A DNA stretch of 64,000 nt from Octopus vulgaris (Eukaryota). The notes below the pieces were generated by a model that saw only the letters and a program-made list of their open reading frames with translations, had not been told where the DNA came from and did no database searches. Within the stretch, counting starts at the first letter, position 1; every line of letters starts with the position of its first letter. The translations under genes and the position numbers were made by a program. The stretch is from contig OX597831.1 in the NCBI GenBank assembly GCA_951406725.2, positions 34,968,001 through 35,032,000 on the forward strand, read 5' to 3'. This document shows positions 14,355 through 27,340 of the stretch, in pieces.

Positions 14355-15097
14355 GTAAGTAGAGAGCATCTTCTTTTGATGTGTGTGTGTGTGTGTGTGC
14401 AATTATTATTTAATGTTATCTCTTTTCTTCATCTTTCTTTTCTTCCCTCCCCCCCCTCCACTTTTTGGCTGCAGTCATAGTTATTTGCTACAGTATTAGA
14501 ATTCAAGAAACCGCAAAGTGAAATACATTTGTTGTTGTTGTTGTTATTCAAATAAAAAAAAATAAAAGCGAAAAACAAAAGGAATCCATATTGTAATGAT
14601 GCTCACTGATGTCATCTTTGTCTTTCGTGCTTTTTCAATCGGTAGAACAAAGTACCAGTCAAGTATTGGGGTCAGTAGTGTTGTATGTCCCCACCTTCTC
14701 CAATTGCTGACCTTGGACCAAAATATGGAACCATTATTATTATTATCATGGAGTGTGGTTGATGCCAGCGCTGTCTTGACTGTCTTCTGTGCCGGTGGCA
14801 CGTAAAAAGCACCCACTACACTCACGGAGTGGTTGGCATTAGGAAGGGCATCCTTACCACAGCTCAAACAAAACACAAATCAATTGTAGCATTGGAAATT
14901 GCTGGTATAAAGAACTGTGAAGTGATAAAAGAGTTGAGAAAAAATTAAGGGCTGTGGTAAAAGAAAAGGGTGGCCATTATGAATTGTAATTTAGGTGTAA
15001 AATATTGTCAATAAATATAACAATCAACCTGTAAACTTTGACTGACCAAAACCTAAAACTTTTTTTTGTATTATAAAATGAATAATAATATTTAAAT

Positions 15098-15610
15098 ATG
15101 CAAAGTCTAATCAAAATGTATTGGAACTGTTTGCTATGGTAACAGCTAAAGTATGCAGAGTGAAACCACTTGGCACAGATTGACATTGAACTCTGTCGTG
15201 CAGACATACTGTTATAACATTCTCACTCGCTTCTGTCGTTTATAGCAGTGCATGAAAGTAAAGTGTTTGGAATATCATCATCCCGAAAAGATCGGGTTTC
15301 AGCTGTGCAGGACCTCCATGTTTGAGTTGAGGAAAGCTTTTTTGAAAACAGTCATAACGGGTGACAAATCATGGGTCTGTAGCTGTGACCCTGAAACGAG
15401 GGCTGTTGAGGAAATCCAAGAAAATGTCACAAGACAGCTGCTCACTAACTCAAATAAGAAGGTTCAGGAATGCTTCCTGCAATGGAAGCGATGCTGGATA
15501 AAGTGTGTGGTTTCAGAAGGAGACTACTTCGAAGGAGATTAAATGCTGAATTGTTATGTTACAGTTTTCTTTTTATAGCCTGTCCGGATACATTTTAATC
15601 AGGCTTAGTA
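15098..15610 (+). mobile_element. internally deleted mariner transposon remnant
   Basis: ORF 15252-15542 has the mariner motifs ITGDxxW..DPET and WK.R/CW.KCV..EGDYFEGD*; degenerate TIRs at both ends. Confidence 0.8.
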
Positions 15611-15717
15611 TATGCCACACCCAGTATGTATTGTATTTTTAAACACCACATGTCCATTGGGAGTATTAACTCCAGACAAATACCACAGTAATGTTTATTT
15701 AATTTTTTCTTTCCCAG

Positions 15718-15851
15718 TGGGACATTCGTTCTGGTGATATTATGCAGGAATATGATCGTCATTTAGGCGCTGTAAATACCATAACTTTTGTTGACCAAAA
15801 TCGTAGATTTGTTACTACTTCAGATGACAAAAGTCTTCGTGTCTGGGAATG
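15718..15851 (+). CDS. CDC40: CDC40 exon
   Basis: cccAG|TGG...TG|GTaag; [44 protein letters not shown](W); phase 0 to 2. Confidence 0.96.
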
Positions 15852-15989
15852 GTAAGTTCCATGATACAGCAATTTTTAGTGCTGGATTTTCTTTTTCTTC
15901 TTTTCCTCCATGTTCTTTTTTTTTTTTTTTCTATGATGATAATAATAATAATAATAAAATGATGATTGCTAATTTTGGATTGTAATGGT

Positions 15990-16400
15990 AAAAGTTCCTT
16001 TTTCAAGGTTGTCTTGAGCATGTCTTTGTATCACTTCTTTTGTGCACCTTATGACTGAGAGCCAACTGCTAGTTCACCAAAGATCTGTTTGGGGCATCTG
16101 GAGTCGGGTATGCGTACAACATGTCCACTCCTTCACAACTGGAATTTGCTCAGGAAAACAGATACGCACAAGTTGTATTGGGAATTTTTCAGTCATGGAA
16201 GGTGAAAATAGTTAAGTCTTTTTGGCATGTCTTTGGTTAACTGTCCCAGTTATACAATCATAAAGTAGTGTAGTTACCACATCACTACTTTGTGTCATAG
16301 TAACAGCTTTGTATAAGTCAAGTTTTCTCTTTATAGTCGGACCAGATTTTTTCCAAGCCTTACTTTTGCTATCTTTGAGTTCACAGTAAACGTCCTGCAA
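15990..16400 (-). mobile_element. decayed RTE/BovB-like LINE C-terminal fragment
   Basis: minus strand reads ..SGHVVRIPDSRCPKQIFGELAVGSQS*GAQKK*YKDMLKTTLK, typical of a BovB-type C-terminus. Confidence 0.7.
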
Positions 16401-16828
16401 TTATGGCACCCTGAGCATGCGAACATGGCTGTGTTGCTAAAAAGTGCACTTCACCAACATGTAGTTTTCATGTTCAATTCCACTGTACATTAGAAGAGAC
16501 TGAGCAAGTGTCAAGTTGAGCAAAGACTTTGCAAGTCACATTTGATTAACACAAGATTGTGGAAGCCCCTTATATGAACTGTTCCCTACTGACCTAACAC
16601 ATTGCCAGGTTAACAAAGCCAATTGTCCCTTAGATGTTCTTAATAGAGTCCAGTTTGCAGCAGGCATTTTGACCAGGACTTCAATTCGAGGTTAACTTCT
16701 ATGTACCACAGAAATTTTCCTCTTCTGGCGAAGCTTTTAAAAAAATTTATTCCTAATCAGAAAATGGATTTTCTATCATTAAACCATTTCTTGTTTCAGT
16801 CCTTCAGTGTTATTTTGTCTATTTTCAG

Positions 16829-16905
16829 GGATGTACCAGTTGATTTCAAGTACATTGCAGACCCTTCAATGCATTCCATGCCAGCTGTCACCTTATCACC
16901 AAACG
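16829..16905 (+). CDS. CDC40: CDC40 exon
   Basis: ttcAG|G...G|GTaag; DVPVDFKYIADPSMHSMPAVTLSPN(G); phase 2 to 1. Confidence 0.96.
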
Positions 16906-17615
16906 GTAAGTTTCTGGTGGGAGTTTTTCATATTTCGTATCACAATAAGAATGGCTGTGTTTGTAGATGTGAATATGCACTTTATGTCTACAGGCCCACA
17001 CATTCATTTGTTTGTTTATTTCTCTGCATACTAATTCTTCAGCTGTCTGTGAGAACTCCTGTATACTCACGACCTAGTTCTCAGCTGTATCTATTGAAGA
17101 AGACTTAGAAAAGAAATTTCTAACATGAAAATAAAGCTTAGAATCAAGAAGTTTCAAAGTTAACATCACTAAAGCAGAATATAACTCTTGGTCACAATGA
17201 CCTAATACTTGCTCAAAATAATTAGACTACCTTATCAGCATAACATAGACCACAATATTGCCACACTATATTACTATATTGTTTTGGCATTCAATTGGTT
17301 ACAATAACAAAGGTTCCAGTTGATCCGATCAATGGAACAGTCTGCTCTTAAAATTAATGTGCAAGTGGCTGTGCACTCCACAGCCAAGCGTGCCCTTAAT
17401 GTAGTTCTCAGGGAGATTGAGCATGACACACAATGTGACAAGGCTGGTCCTTTGAATTACAGGTACAGCTTGTTTTTGCCAGCTGAGTGGACTGGAGCAA
17501 TGTGAAATAAAGTGTCTTGCTCAAGGACACAATACGCCTCTGCAAATCGAACTCATGAACTTACAATCACGAGTCAAATACCCTAACCACTGAGTCACAC
17601 ACCTTCACAATGATA

Positions 17616-20600
17616 TTGCTGTAGTGATGCCAAAACCTTCCCAGGCGAAGAATGCACCCCACAACATAGACTGGTAGTTAGTGACTTTAGGATCAGGAGT
17701 AGGAGGACAACCAGAAGACGACCAACATGGAGAAGAAGGATCTGGAGGCTTAAGGATCCTGTGAATGGACAGAGATTTAGAGACATGTTACTTGAAGCCT
17801 TTGACGAAGTAGAAGGGGATAGTGTATCACATGGGGTAGAGGACAACTGGACGTTTCTAAGGGACAACCTGCTGAGAGCCACTGACCAGATCTGTGGCTG
17901 GTGCAAAGTCCCCTCTCATCCCAAGGTAACGTGGTGGTGGAACAGTGTCGTAGACAGGGCTATTAGAGAAAAGAGACAGACTTGGAAGCACTGGAAGAAT
18001 GGTGGTAGCAGGGAATTGTATCAGACTGCTAAAAGGGAAGCTAGGAGACAGGTCTATCTAGCCAGAGGGGAAGCAGATAAGAAGAAATTTGCCAATGTTC
18101 TGCGCCGTGAGGACCAAAGACTGGAGGTGTTTCGCGTTGCAAGACAGTGTGTGAGAGAGAATTGTGATGTGGTGGGAGAGAAGTGTGTTCGCATGGAAGA
18201 TGGTTCACTTGCGCTAAACGAGGATGCAAAGAGAGAGGCTTGGAGACGCCACTATGAAAGGTTGCTGAATAAAGAAAATGAATGGGATAAAGAGAGTCTG
18301 CCGAACGTTGACCCAACAGAGGGACCAGCTATCAGGGTTGATAGTTCCTTAGTAGCTAAGGCAATTAGAAGCATGAAGACAGGGAAAGCCCCAGGCCCAT
18401 CAGGTATCACTGCAGAGATGCTCAAAATATCTGGTAGTGTCGGCTATAGCCTAGTCACCTGTATAGTTAATCAGGTGATACATGAAGGAGTCATACCCAA
18501 TGACTGGTGTAGCAGCATAATAGTCAACTGCTACAAAGGTAAAGGTGATGCCCTAGATACAAATAATTACAGAGGTATCAAGCTGTTGGATCAGGTGATG
18601 AAGGTTACAGAGAGGGTCATAAGCCAACTAATTAGAGAGAGAGTTAGTTTAGATGAGATGCAGTTTGGTTTCGTGCCAGGAAAAGTACCACTGATGCTAT
18701 ATTCCTGGTAAGGCAGCTGCAGGAGAAATACCTAGCCAAAGATAAGGCCCTGTACCTGGCTTTTGTTGACATGGAGAAAGCCTTCGACAGGGTCCCCTGA
18801 TCCCTCATATGGTGGTCAATGAGGAAACTAGGAATAGAAGAATGGTTAGTGAGAGCTGTGCAAGCCATGTACAGGGACGCTGCTAGTAAGGTGAGGGTTG
18901 GAAATGAGTACAGTGAAGAATTCCGGGTAGAGGTAGGGGTCCACCAAGGCTCAGTCCTCAGCCCCCTCCTATTTATCATAGTCCTCCAGGCAATAACGGA
19001 GGAATTCAAGACAGGATGCCCCTGGGAGCTCCTCTATGCTGATGACCTTGCTCTAATTGCTGAGTCATTATCAGAACTGGAGAAGAAGTTTCAGGTGTGG
19101 AAGCATGGTTTAGAATCGAAGGGCCTTAGAGTCAACCTAGCTAAAACCAAAGTCCTAATAAGTAGGAAGGTAGACAAATCACAAACGCCTTCAGGTAGAT
19201 GGCCCTGCTCGATCTGTAGAAAAGGTGTAGGTAGAAACTCTATAAGATGCACCAAGTGTAAGCTATGGACACATAAGAGGTGCAGCAATGTCATAGGAAG
19301 GCTAACTAGGAAGATGGTTTTTGTATGTGGCAGATGCTCAGGAGCATTAACCTCTGAAAATCTGCAGAAAACAACTTCCGTCACTTTCCAGGGGGAAAAA
19401 CTAGAAGTAGTTGATAGCTTCCGTTATCTTGGTGACCAAGTCAGTAGTGGGGGGGGGTGCTGAAAGTGTAACGGCTAGAGTAAGAATAGCCTGGGCAAAG
19501 TTTAGGGAGCTCTTACCTCTGTTGGTGACTAAAGGCCTCTCGCTCAGAGTAAAAGGCAGACTGTATGATGCATGTGTACGAACAGCCATGCTACATGGCA
19601 GTGAAACATGGGCCGTGACTGCTGAGGACATGCGTAAGCTCGCGAGAAATGAAGCTAGTATGCTCCGTTGGATGTGTAATGTCAGTGTTCATAGTCGACA
19701 GAGTGTAAGTACCTTGAGAGAAAAGTTGGACCTAAGAGGAATCAGATGTTGTGTGCAAGAGAGACGATTGCGCTGATATGGTCATGTGGTGAGAATGGAT
19801 GAAGATAGGTGTGTGAAAAAGTGCCACACCCTGGCAGTTGAGGGGACCTGTGGAAGAGGTAGACCCAGGAAAACCTGGGTCGAGGTGGTGAAGCACGACC
19901 TTCGAACTCTAGGTCTCACCCAGGAAATGACCAGAGACCGAGACCTATGGAAGTATGCTGTGCGTGAGAAGACCCGGCAAGACCAGTGAGAACAATCAAA
20001 ATCAAATCATATATCAGGAAGCAGGGGTTAAGTGACCCATCCGTTCGTGTCCGCTGTCAGCCTCGTCTGGCACCCATGCCGGTGATACGTAAAAGCACCA
20101 TTCGCTCATGGCCGTTTGCCAGCTCTGCCTGGCCCCGTGTCGGTGGCACGTAAAAGCACCATCCGTTCGTGTTCGTTGCCAGCCTCGCCTGGCCCCGTGC
20201 CGGTGACACGTAAAAGCACCGTCCGTTCGTGGCCGTTTGCCAGCTCTGTCTGGCCCCGTGTCGGTGGCACGTAAAAGCACCATCCGTCCGTGTCCGTTGC
20301 CAGCCTCGGCTGGCCCCCGTGCCGGTGACACGTAAAAGCACCGTCCGCTCGTGGCCGTTTGCCAGCTCTGTCTGGCAACCGTGTCGGTGGCACGTAAAAG
20401 CACCATCCGTTCGCGTCCGTTGCCAGCCTCGGCTGGCCCCGTGCCGGTGACACGTAAAAGCACCGTCCGTTCGTGGCCGGTTGCCAGCTCTGTCTGGCCC
20501 CGTGACGGTGGCATGTAAAAGCACCATCCGTTCGTGTCCGTTGCCAGCATCGCCTGGCCCCGTGCCGGTGACACGTAAAAGCACCATCCATTCGTGGCCA

Positions 20601-20817
20601 TTCGCCAGCTCTGTCTGGCACCTGTGCAGGTGGCACGTAAAAAACACCCACTACACTCGCGGAGTGGTTGGCGTTAGGAAGGGCATCCAGCCGTAGAAAC
20701 ACTGCCAGATCTGACTGGGCCTGACGAAGCCTTCCAGCTTCACAGACCCCAGTTGACCCGTCCAACCCATGCTAGCATGGAGAGCGGATGCTAAACGATG
20801 AAGGATGATGATGATGA
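17616..20817 (+). mobile_element. 5'-truncated RTE-clade LINE (end of APE, RT with PHD finger, 3' UTR, (GAT)n tail), inactivated
   Basis: GKAPGP, NYRGIKLL, QFGF, FVDMEKAFD, GVHQGSVLSP, YADD (19035-19046), FRYLG; frameshifts near 18682 and 19455; stops at 18798 and 19774. Confidence 0.95.
20036..20648 (+). repeat. tandem array of about 10 x 59-60-bp units in the RTE 3' UTR, alternating A/B types
   Basis: A unit ...gccagcctcgcctggccccgtgccggtgacacgtaaaagcaccg alternates with B unit ...gccagctctgtctggccccgtgtcggtggcacgtaaaagcacca. Confidence 0.92.
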
Positions 20818-21144
20818 TATAACGTACGGTCAAAATGACCTGTAACATATTGATAGAATAATCTTTTCTCTTATAGGCACAAGGGCTGAAATTTGGTGGG
20901 GAGAGGTATAGTTGATTCCATCAACCCCAGTACTTGACTGGTACTTAATTTATCGACCCCGAAATGATGAAAGTCAAATTCAACCTCGGCAGAATTTGAA
21001 CTCAGAATGTAGCAGCAGATGAAAATACCGCTAAGCATTTCACCTGGCGTGCTAACGATTCTGCCAGCTTGCTGCCTTCACATATTGCTAGAATAATACA
21101 TAAGACATTACGGTATTTAAAAAATTCTTTTTTTCTAATTTTAG

Positions 21145-21245
21145 GGAAATGGTTAGCGTGTCAATCGATGGACAACAAGATCTGTATATTCAACGTTCTC
21201 AACAGATTTAAATTCATGAAGAAAAAGATGTTTACAGGGCACATG
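21145..21245 (+). CDS. CDC40: CDC40 exon
   Basis: tttAG|GG...ATG|GTaaa; KWLACQSMDNKICIFNVLNRFKFMKKKMFTGHM; phase 1 to 0. Confidence 0.95.
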
Positions 21246-24200
21246 GTAAATATAAAGTTTTTTTGTTTTTTTCTTGACGACACATGAATTATTTTCTCAG
21301 CTTATATTTCTTGTAAAAATTGTTATGGATCTCAACTCTTTTTTTTTTTTTTTCCTTTTATTTTATTTTATTTATTTATTTTTTTGTCACATTTTTCCAT
21401 TTTCCAATCTGTAAATGTAGAGGATACAGTGGTGTAAATGTGATGACTAAAGCTGTAAGCGAGCAAAGATAAGTTCCTGATGAGGTTATACAAGACTGTA
21501 ACAGGCACTTGAGATCTAATCTAGGCATGATACCATTACAAATCAGATATGTTATTGAAAAAGGAAAAAGAGAGATGTTAACTTAGAAAATACACCACCA
21601 CACTAGGTTATAAACATTTTAACAATTTTATTGCATGTGTATGTTGATATTGTAAAAATAATGGCAATACGAAAATAACACATATTTTGATCCTCATCAT
21701 CATCATCATTAGCTATAATGTCTATTTTACTACATTCACATGGGTGAGATGGAATTTGTTGAGGCACATTTTGTATGGCTGGATGCTCTTCCTGTCACCA
21801 ACCTTCATTTGTTTCCATGCATGTTTTCATGGAAGATTATGACAATGCCCATTTCACTTATAATCATCATCATCATCATCATTTAACGTCCGCTTTCCAT
21901 GCTAGCATGGGTTGGACGATTTGACTGAGGTCTGGTGAACCAGACTCCAATCTGATCTGGCTGAGTTTCTACAGCTGGATGCCCTTCCTAACGCCAACCA
22001 CTCCGAGAATGTAGTGGGTGCTTTATCAAAACAAGAAAAACACACATATACAGTCACACATACACTTGGATATCCTCCCACACCCATACACAGACTGACT
22101 GACTCCCTCCCATCTTCCTTTTCCTTCTTTGTCCCACTGGGGAGGCCAAATATTCCCTCTGTAGTAAGACAACCATCCCTGTCTCTTTATCATACTTGAA
22201 CCTCTCACCTGGCACACAGTCATTTCCCTCGGTTCCACATTCTCTCAACTAAGAGGTCTTTGTCTTGTAAGTTACTTGGTAACTTTACTGGTGCTGGCGC
22301 TTTGTAAAAAGCACCCAGTACACTGGTTGGCATTAGGAGGGGCCGAACAGACAATGAGAGCCTGATGCAGCTCTCCAGTTTACCAGCTCTTGTCAAACCA
22401 TGCCAGACTGAAAAAAGGACATTAAAAGAAGAAGAAGAACAAGAACACACACACACACACACACACCACTCATAAGGCTTTGGCTGGTCCAGGGCTGTAG
22501 TAGAAGACACTCGGCCAAAGTGCCATGCTTTGGGATGGAACCTGACACCATGCGGTTGGGAAGCAAACTACTCTACCCTCTGCGTTTTGATAAATTGTTT
22601 ATGCAGTTGTGCAAGAATATGGAAGGTATTCAGATGATACATCTTGATAAAATTTTCTTGCAAAAAAATCAGACAAGCGAGCGAAAGAGAGAGAGAGAGA
22701 GAAAATAAGAGTAACCTTAAAATATGCAAGATGATATTCTAAAGATTTAATCAATTTACCCTTGGTGTTTCATACTGTTGAAATTACTGTGGTTATTTAT
22801 TTATTTATTTATTATTTGTTTGTTTGTTTGTTTGTTTCAGAAAATACAAAAATATAAGTTGCTGTTATTTTAGCTTTTCCAATATTACATTTATAACGAT
22901 GTGTTGTACTTTTTCAGTTTGAATAAATTCCTTGTAAGATTTCACAAGACTAGAGCAGCCATTGATAGATATATCATCATCATCATCATCATCATCATTT
23001 AATGTCCATATAGTACACTGGCATGGGTTGGACAGTTTGACAGGATCCAGTGGGTTCACAGACTGCATCATGCCCCCATGTCTGTTTGCCATGGTTTCTA
23101 CAACTGGATGCCCCTCCTGATGCCAACCACTTTATATTGTTTACTGGGTGCTTTTGTGTGTGTGTGTGTGTGTGCCACTAGCACCCGTGAAGTTACTGGG
23201 CAGCTTGCAAGACTATGAACCCCAAATGAGGGAGGGAGAACTTAATGTAGTAGAGAAGGGAGAAAAGAACCAGAGCAGAACAGGTTTCTTGCTGCAGTGG
23301 CGCTACCTGACTACTAACATTTTAGAAGAGAGGGTGATGAGGTAGAGCTGGGAAGGAATATAAGTGGTGATGAGGTATCTGAGTGGACCTTCATGGTATG
23401 AGATGGTGTTAGTACTGCTTTATTTCAAAATTTTGCCATAAAGGCATGACACATAGTAGCTTGTGTGCTGGACAAACATTAATGAGATGAATGATGAAAA
23501 AGGATGATATTGATAGAAGACAAATAACACCTGCCAATTTTTGCTTCTCTAATACATTATTCTTTATTTAAAAAAAAAAAAAAAAATTAGGTATTAGACC
23601 TCTAACTTTAGTTTTTATAATTGTTCTATTACAAAATTTTTTTTTGTCTCTTTACAAAATTTTTTTGTGTTTTTACAAAATAAAACACACAAAAGTGATG
23701 TAATAAACCTCTTACACAGACTGAGACACCAAGTCTCTTCAACCATCCCCTATCAATTCTCTTGCCACCTGCAGGTAATCCCTCAGCCGCAAGTCGGGGT
23801 GCCAAAAGATATAATTGTAATATTTCTTCGAACAGGATTCCACTATTCGAAAGAACTCTCTTTCTTTCACTACCAGCGCCGCCACCTGTGGAAGCCAACG
23901 CTGACTACCAGTACAGACCGATTCCATGAGGTCTTGACCTTCAAGACAACTCTCTACAAAGTTGTCAACAACCCCTCCCCTAAAATAGAATACCACATAT
24001 TCTTTACTTTCACTGGGAGGGAGGCCACAGCTTCCTCTGTCAGTGGCATGATTCCCACCAAAGAGCCTTGGGACATGCCAGCAGTACATTGCACACCTCC
24101 GGCACTGTCCCATTCTTTCTTTTCTTTTTCTTTTTTATCTTTGGTGCGGGAGGGGTTGGCTCCTTCACCATAACCATAGGAATCTCGCTTCCTCCCACAA

Positions 24201-24755
24201 CCTATTAATACTGCTTAGCTCATTAATAACTATGTGTGTGTGTGTGTGTGTATTTTTGTATATATCTTTAAAATTACATCACAAACCAGATTTAATGTTA
24301 AGAGCAAAAGAATAGAGACAGAACTTTAAAATAAATTACTAGATTCTAAAAACGCTACCAGTTTATGCATACAACAGAATAACATTGTAGAAATGATGCA
24401 TTCTACCTTAGGCAGAAGGCCAGGAGGTGTGTTGTCGATTACATCAAGTCTAGTTCTTGACTATTTCTTTATTATATTGAAACCGGAGGGAGAACAGGCA
24501 AAGTCAATCTGTAAGGAATTTTGAGATTGTAAAGGGACATAACTAAATACTGTACAACGTTGTTTAATGCTCCACTAAATCTACCATCAAATGTTTGTTA
24601 TTTCAGAAAGCAGAAAAAAACCTAGAAGTGGTGTGTTTTTTTTTATTTTTATTTTGCAGTTTGTGGTTGTATATATGTACAAGTGGCATGCATGTATACT
24701 AATTGCTATTAAATGTAAACATTTTTTTCTCTCTCTTCTCTCTTTCGCTCTCTAG

Positions 24756-24799
24756 GTTTCGGGATATGCTTGTACAACTGACTTTTCTCCTGATATGAG
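24756..24799 (+). CDS. CDC40: CDC40 short exon (44 nt)
   Basis: long pyrimidine tract, ctAG|GTT...AG|GTaaa; VSGYACTTDFSPDM(S); phase 0 to 2; fills the gap in the known CDC40 sequence. Confidence 0.93.
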
Positions 24800-25254
24800 G
24801 TAAATATTTACATTCGTGTTTTATGGGTTTTTATATTTTTAATGTCTTAATGAGGCACGGGCATGGCTATGTGGTTAAGAAGCTTGCTTTGCAACAATGT
24901 GGTTTTAGGTTCAGTCCCACTGAAGAGAAACTTTGGCAAGTGTCTTCTAATATTGCCCCAGGTAACCAATGTCTTGTGAGCGAATTTCTTTGATGGAAAC
25001 TGTGTTAAAGCTGATCAAGTGTGTGTGTGTGTGCTTCGCACCCACACCATTTCTTGACGACCAGAGTTGGTTTGTTTATGTCCGTATAGCTTAGCAGTTT
25101 GGTAAAAGAACTAATAGAGTAACTACTTGGGTCAGTTTGTTTGACTAAACCCTTCAAGGAGATGCCCCAGCATGGCTGCTGTCCATTGATCAAAACAAGT
25201 AAAAGATACAAGTATTTAGAGCATACAAAGAGTAAATAGTGGTAAATATGTATA

Positions 25255-25855
25255 TTTGTATGTATGTGTATAGATATATTTATATGTATGTATACATATG
25301 TATATTTATATGTATGTATACATATGTATATTTATATGTATGTATATATGTATATTTATACATATGTATATATGTATATTTATACATATGTATATATGTA
25401 TATTTATACATATGTATATATGTATATTTATACAAGGGCATCCAGCCGTAGAAACACTGCCAGATCTGACTGGGCCTGATGAAGCCTTCTGGCTTCACAG
25501 ACCCCAGTAGAACCATCCAACCCATGCTAGCATGGAAAACGGACGCTAAACGATGATGATGATGATGATGATGTATATATGTATATTTATACATATGTAT
25601 ATATGTATATTTATACATATGTATATATGTATATTTATACATATGTATATATGTATATTTATACATATGTATATATGTATATTTATACATATGTATATAT
25701 GTATATTTATACATATGTATATATGTATATTTATACGTATGTATGTATATATGTATATTTATACGTATGTATATATATATGTATATTTATGCGTATGTAT
25801 ATATATATAATATGTACGTATATATTAATACGTATGTATATATATGTATATTTAT
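25255..25855. repeat. 22-bp AT-rich minisatellite interrupted by an RTE 3' tail (25434-25572)
   Basis: repeated atgtatatttatacatatgtat on both sides of the insert. Confidence 0.9.
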
Positions 25856-26060
25856 AAGTAAAAATGTATATGGTAACATCCTTTCTTATTATTGTATATA
25901 TAACATAATGCAAACGTGTAGCTTTACAAATTTTCTTCTGGCGGCCCTATTACCATGCTCCTCAGCATATGATATAACTTCAAGTTTAAACATAGCTGAA
26001 AAAGATATACGAGGCATTTTATGGGTATGTAATGTATAAAATGTTTTATTGGAGAATTAA

Positions 26061-26113
26061 TGCTACTCCAGACTGATGACGAGCAAATACTCAGAAACTA
26101 GTCTCTGAGTGCA
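26061..26113 (+). ncRNA. minimal type-I hammerhead ribozyme motif
   Basis: CTGATGA 26073-79; stem II gag/ctc; GAAA 26094-97; palindromic ACTAGT; GUC at 26101-03; stem I caga/tctg extendable with bulges. Confidence 0.7.
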
Positions 26114-26327
26114 GGCTTAGCTGGGTGGAGGTGCTTATCGCCCCCTTGTAAACATAAGGAGACAGGAAATGTGTCAAGGCTAACAGGAAGCGTTGCTGCT
26201 TCCTAGGGCTAAATAGCAGTAGTGTGATTCCCTTCATGGGACTGTCACATTAAGTTGACAGTATACAACTACTCTACCATACCACTACTGCATAAATCTC
26301 TCTGAGATATTTAGAAATGTATTATTT

Positions 26328-26420
26328 CTATATATATATGTATGTACATATATATATGTAAGTACGCATATATGTACTTAATTATATATGTACGTATATA
26401 TATATATATGTACGTATGTG

Positions 26421-26484
<64 letters not shown>

Positions 26485-26506
26485 GTGTGTACATATAAGT
26501 ATGTAC

Positions 26507-26546
<40 letters not shown>

Positions 26547-27340
26547 GTCTATGTATGTATGTACGTATATATATGTATGTATGTACGTATATATATGTAT
26601 GTATGTATGTATATGTATGTATGTACGTATATATATGTATGTATGTACGTATATATATGTATGTATGTACGTATATATATGTATGTATGTACGTATATAT
26701 ATGTATGTATGTACGTATATATATGTATGTATGTACGTATGTATATGTATGTATGTATGTATATGTATGTATGTACGTATATATATGTATGTATGTACAT
26801 ATGTATATGTATGTATGTACGTATATGTATGTATGTACATATGTATATGTATGTATGTACATATGTATATGTATGTATGTACATATGTATATGTATGTAT
26901 GTACGTATATATATATGTATGTATGTACGTATATATATGTATGTATGTACGTACGTATATATATATATGTATGTATCTATATATATATATGTATATACGT
27001 ATGTTCAGAATTGTATATATGTATGTGTGTGAATATATATATGTACATGTGTGTATATGTGTGTGTGAATATATATGTACATATGTGTATATATCTGTGT
27101 TCATGTATGTACATGTGTGTATGTATGTATATATATATATATATATATAGTTGTGTGTGTATGTATGTATATATATATATATATATATATAGTTGTGTAT
27201 GTACATATGTGTATATATATATATATGTGTGTGTATGTATGTTATGCACATATGTATATATGTGTGGGTGTATATATATATGTGTGTGTATGTATACATA
27301 TTTTTGTGTGTGCATGCATGTATATATATATATATATATA
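26328..27340. repeat. about 1-kb compound (TA)/(TG)/(TATG)/(TACG) microsatellite
   Basis: directly visible; source of many spurious ORFs. Confidence 0.95.

Noticed and set aside
20014-20765. CRISPR-like appearance and several 200-aa ORFs
   Set aside because: The units are contiguous tandem repeats without unique spacers, there are no cas genes, and the context is a eukaryotic LINE 3' UTR
21475-21510. CTGATGA followed by a gttata/tgtaac stem
   Set aside because: No GAAA or stem I/III partner, so not a hammerhead
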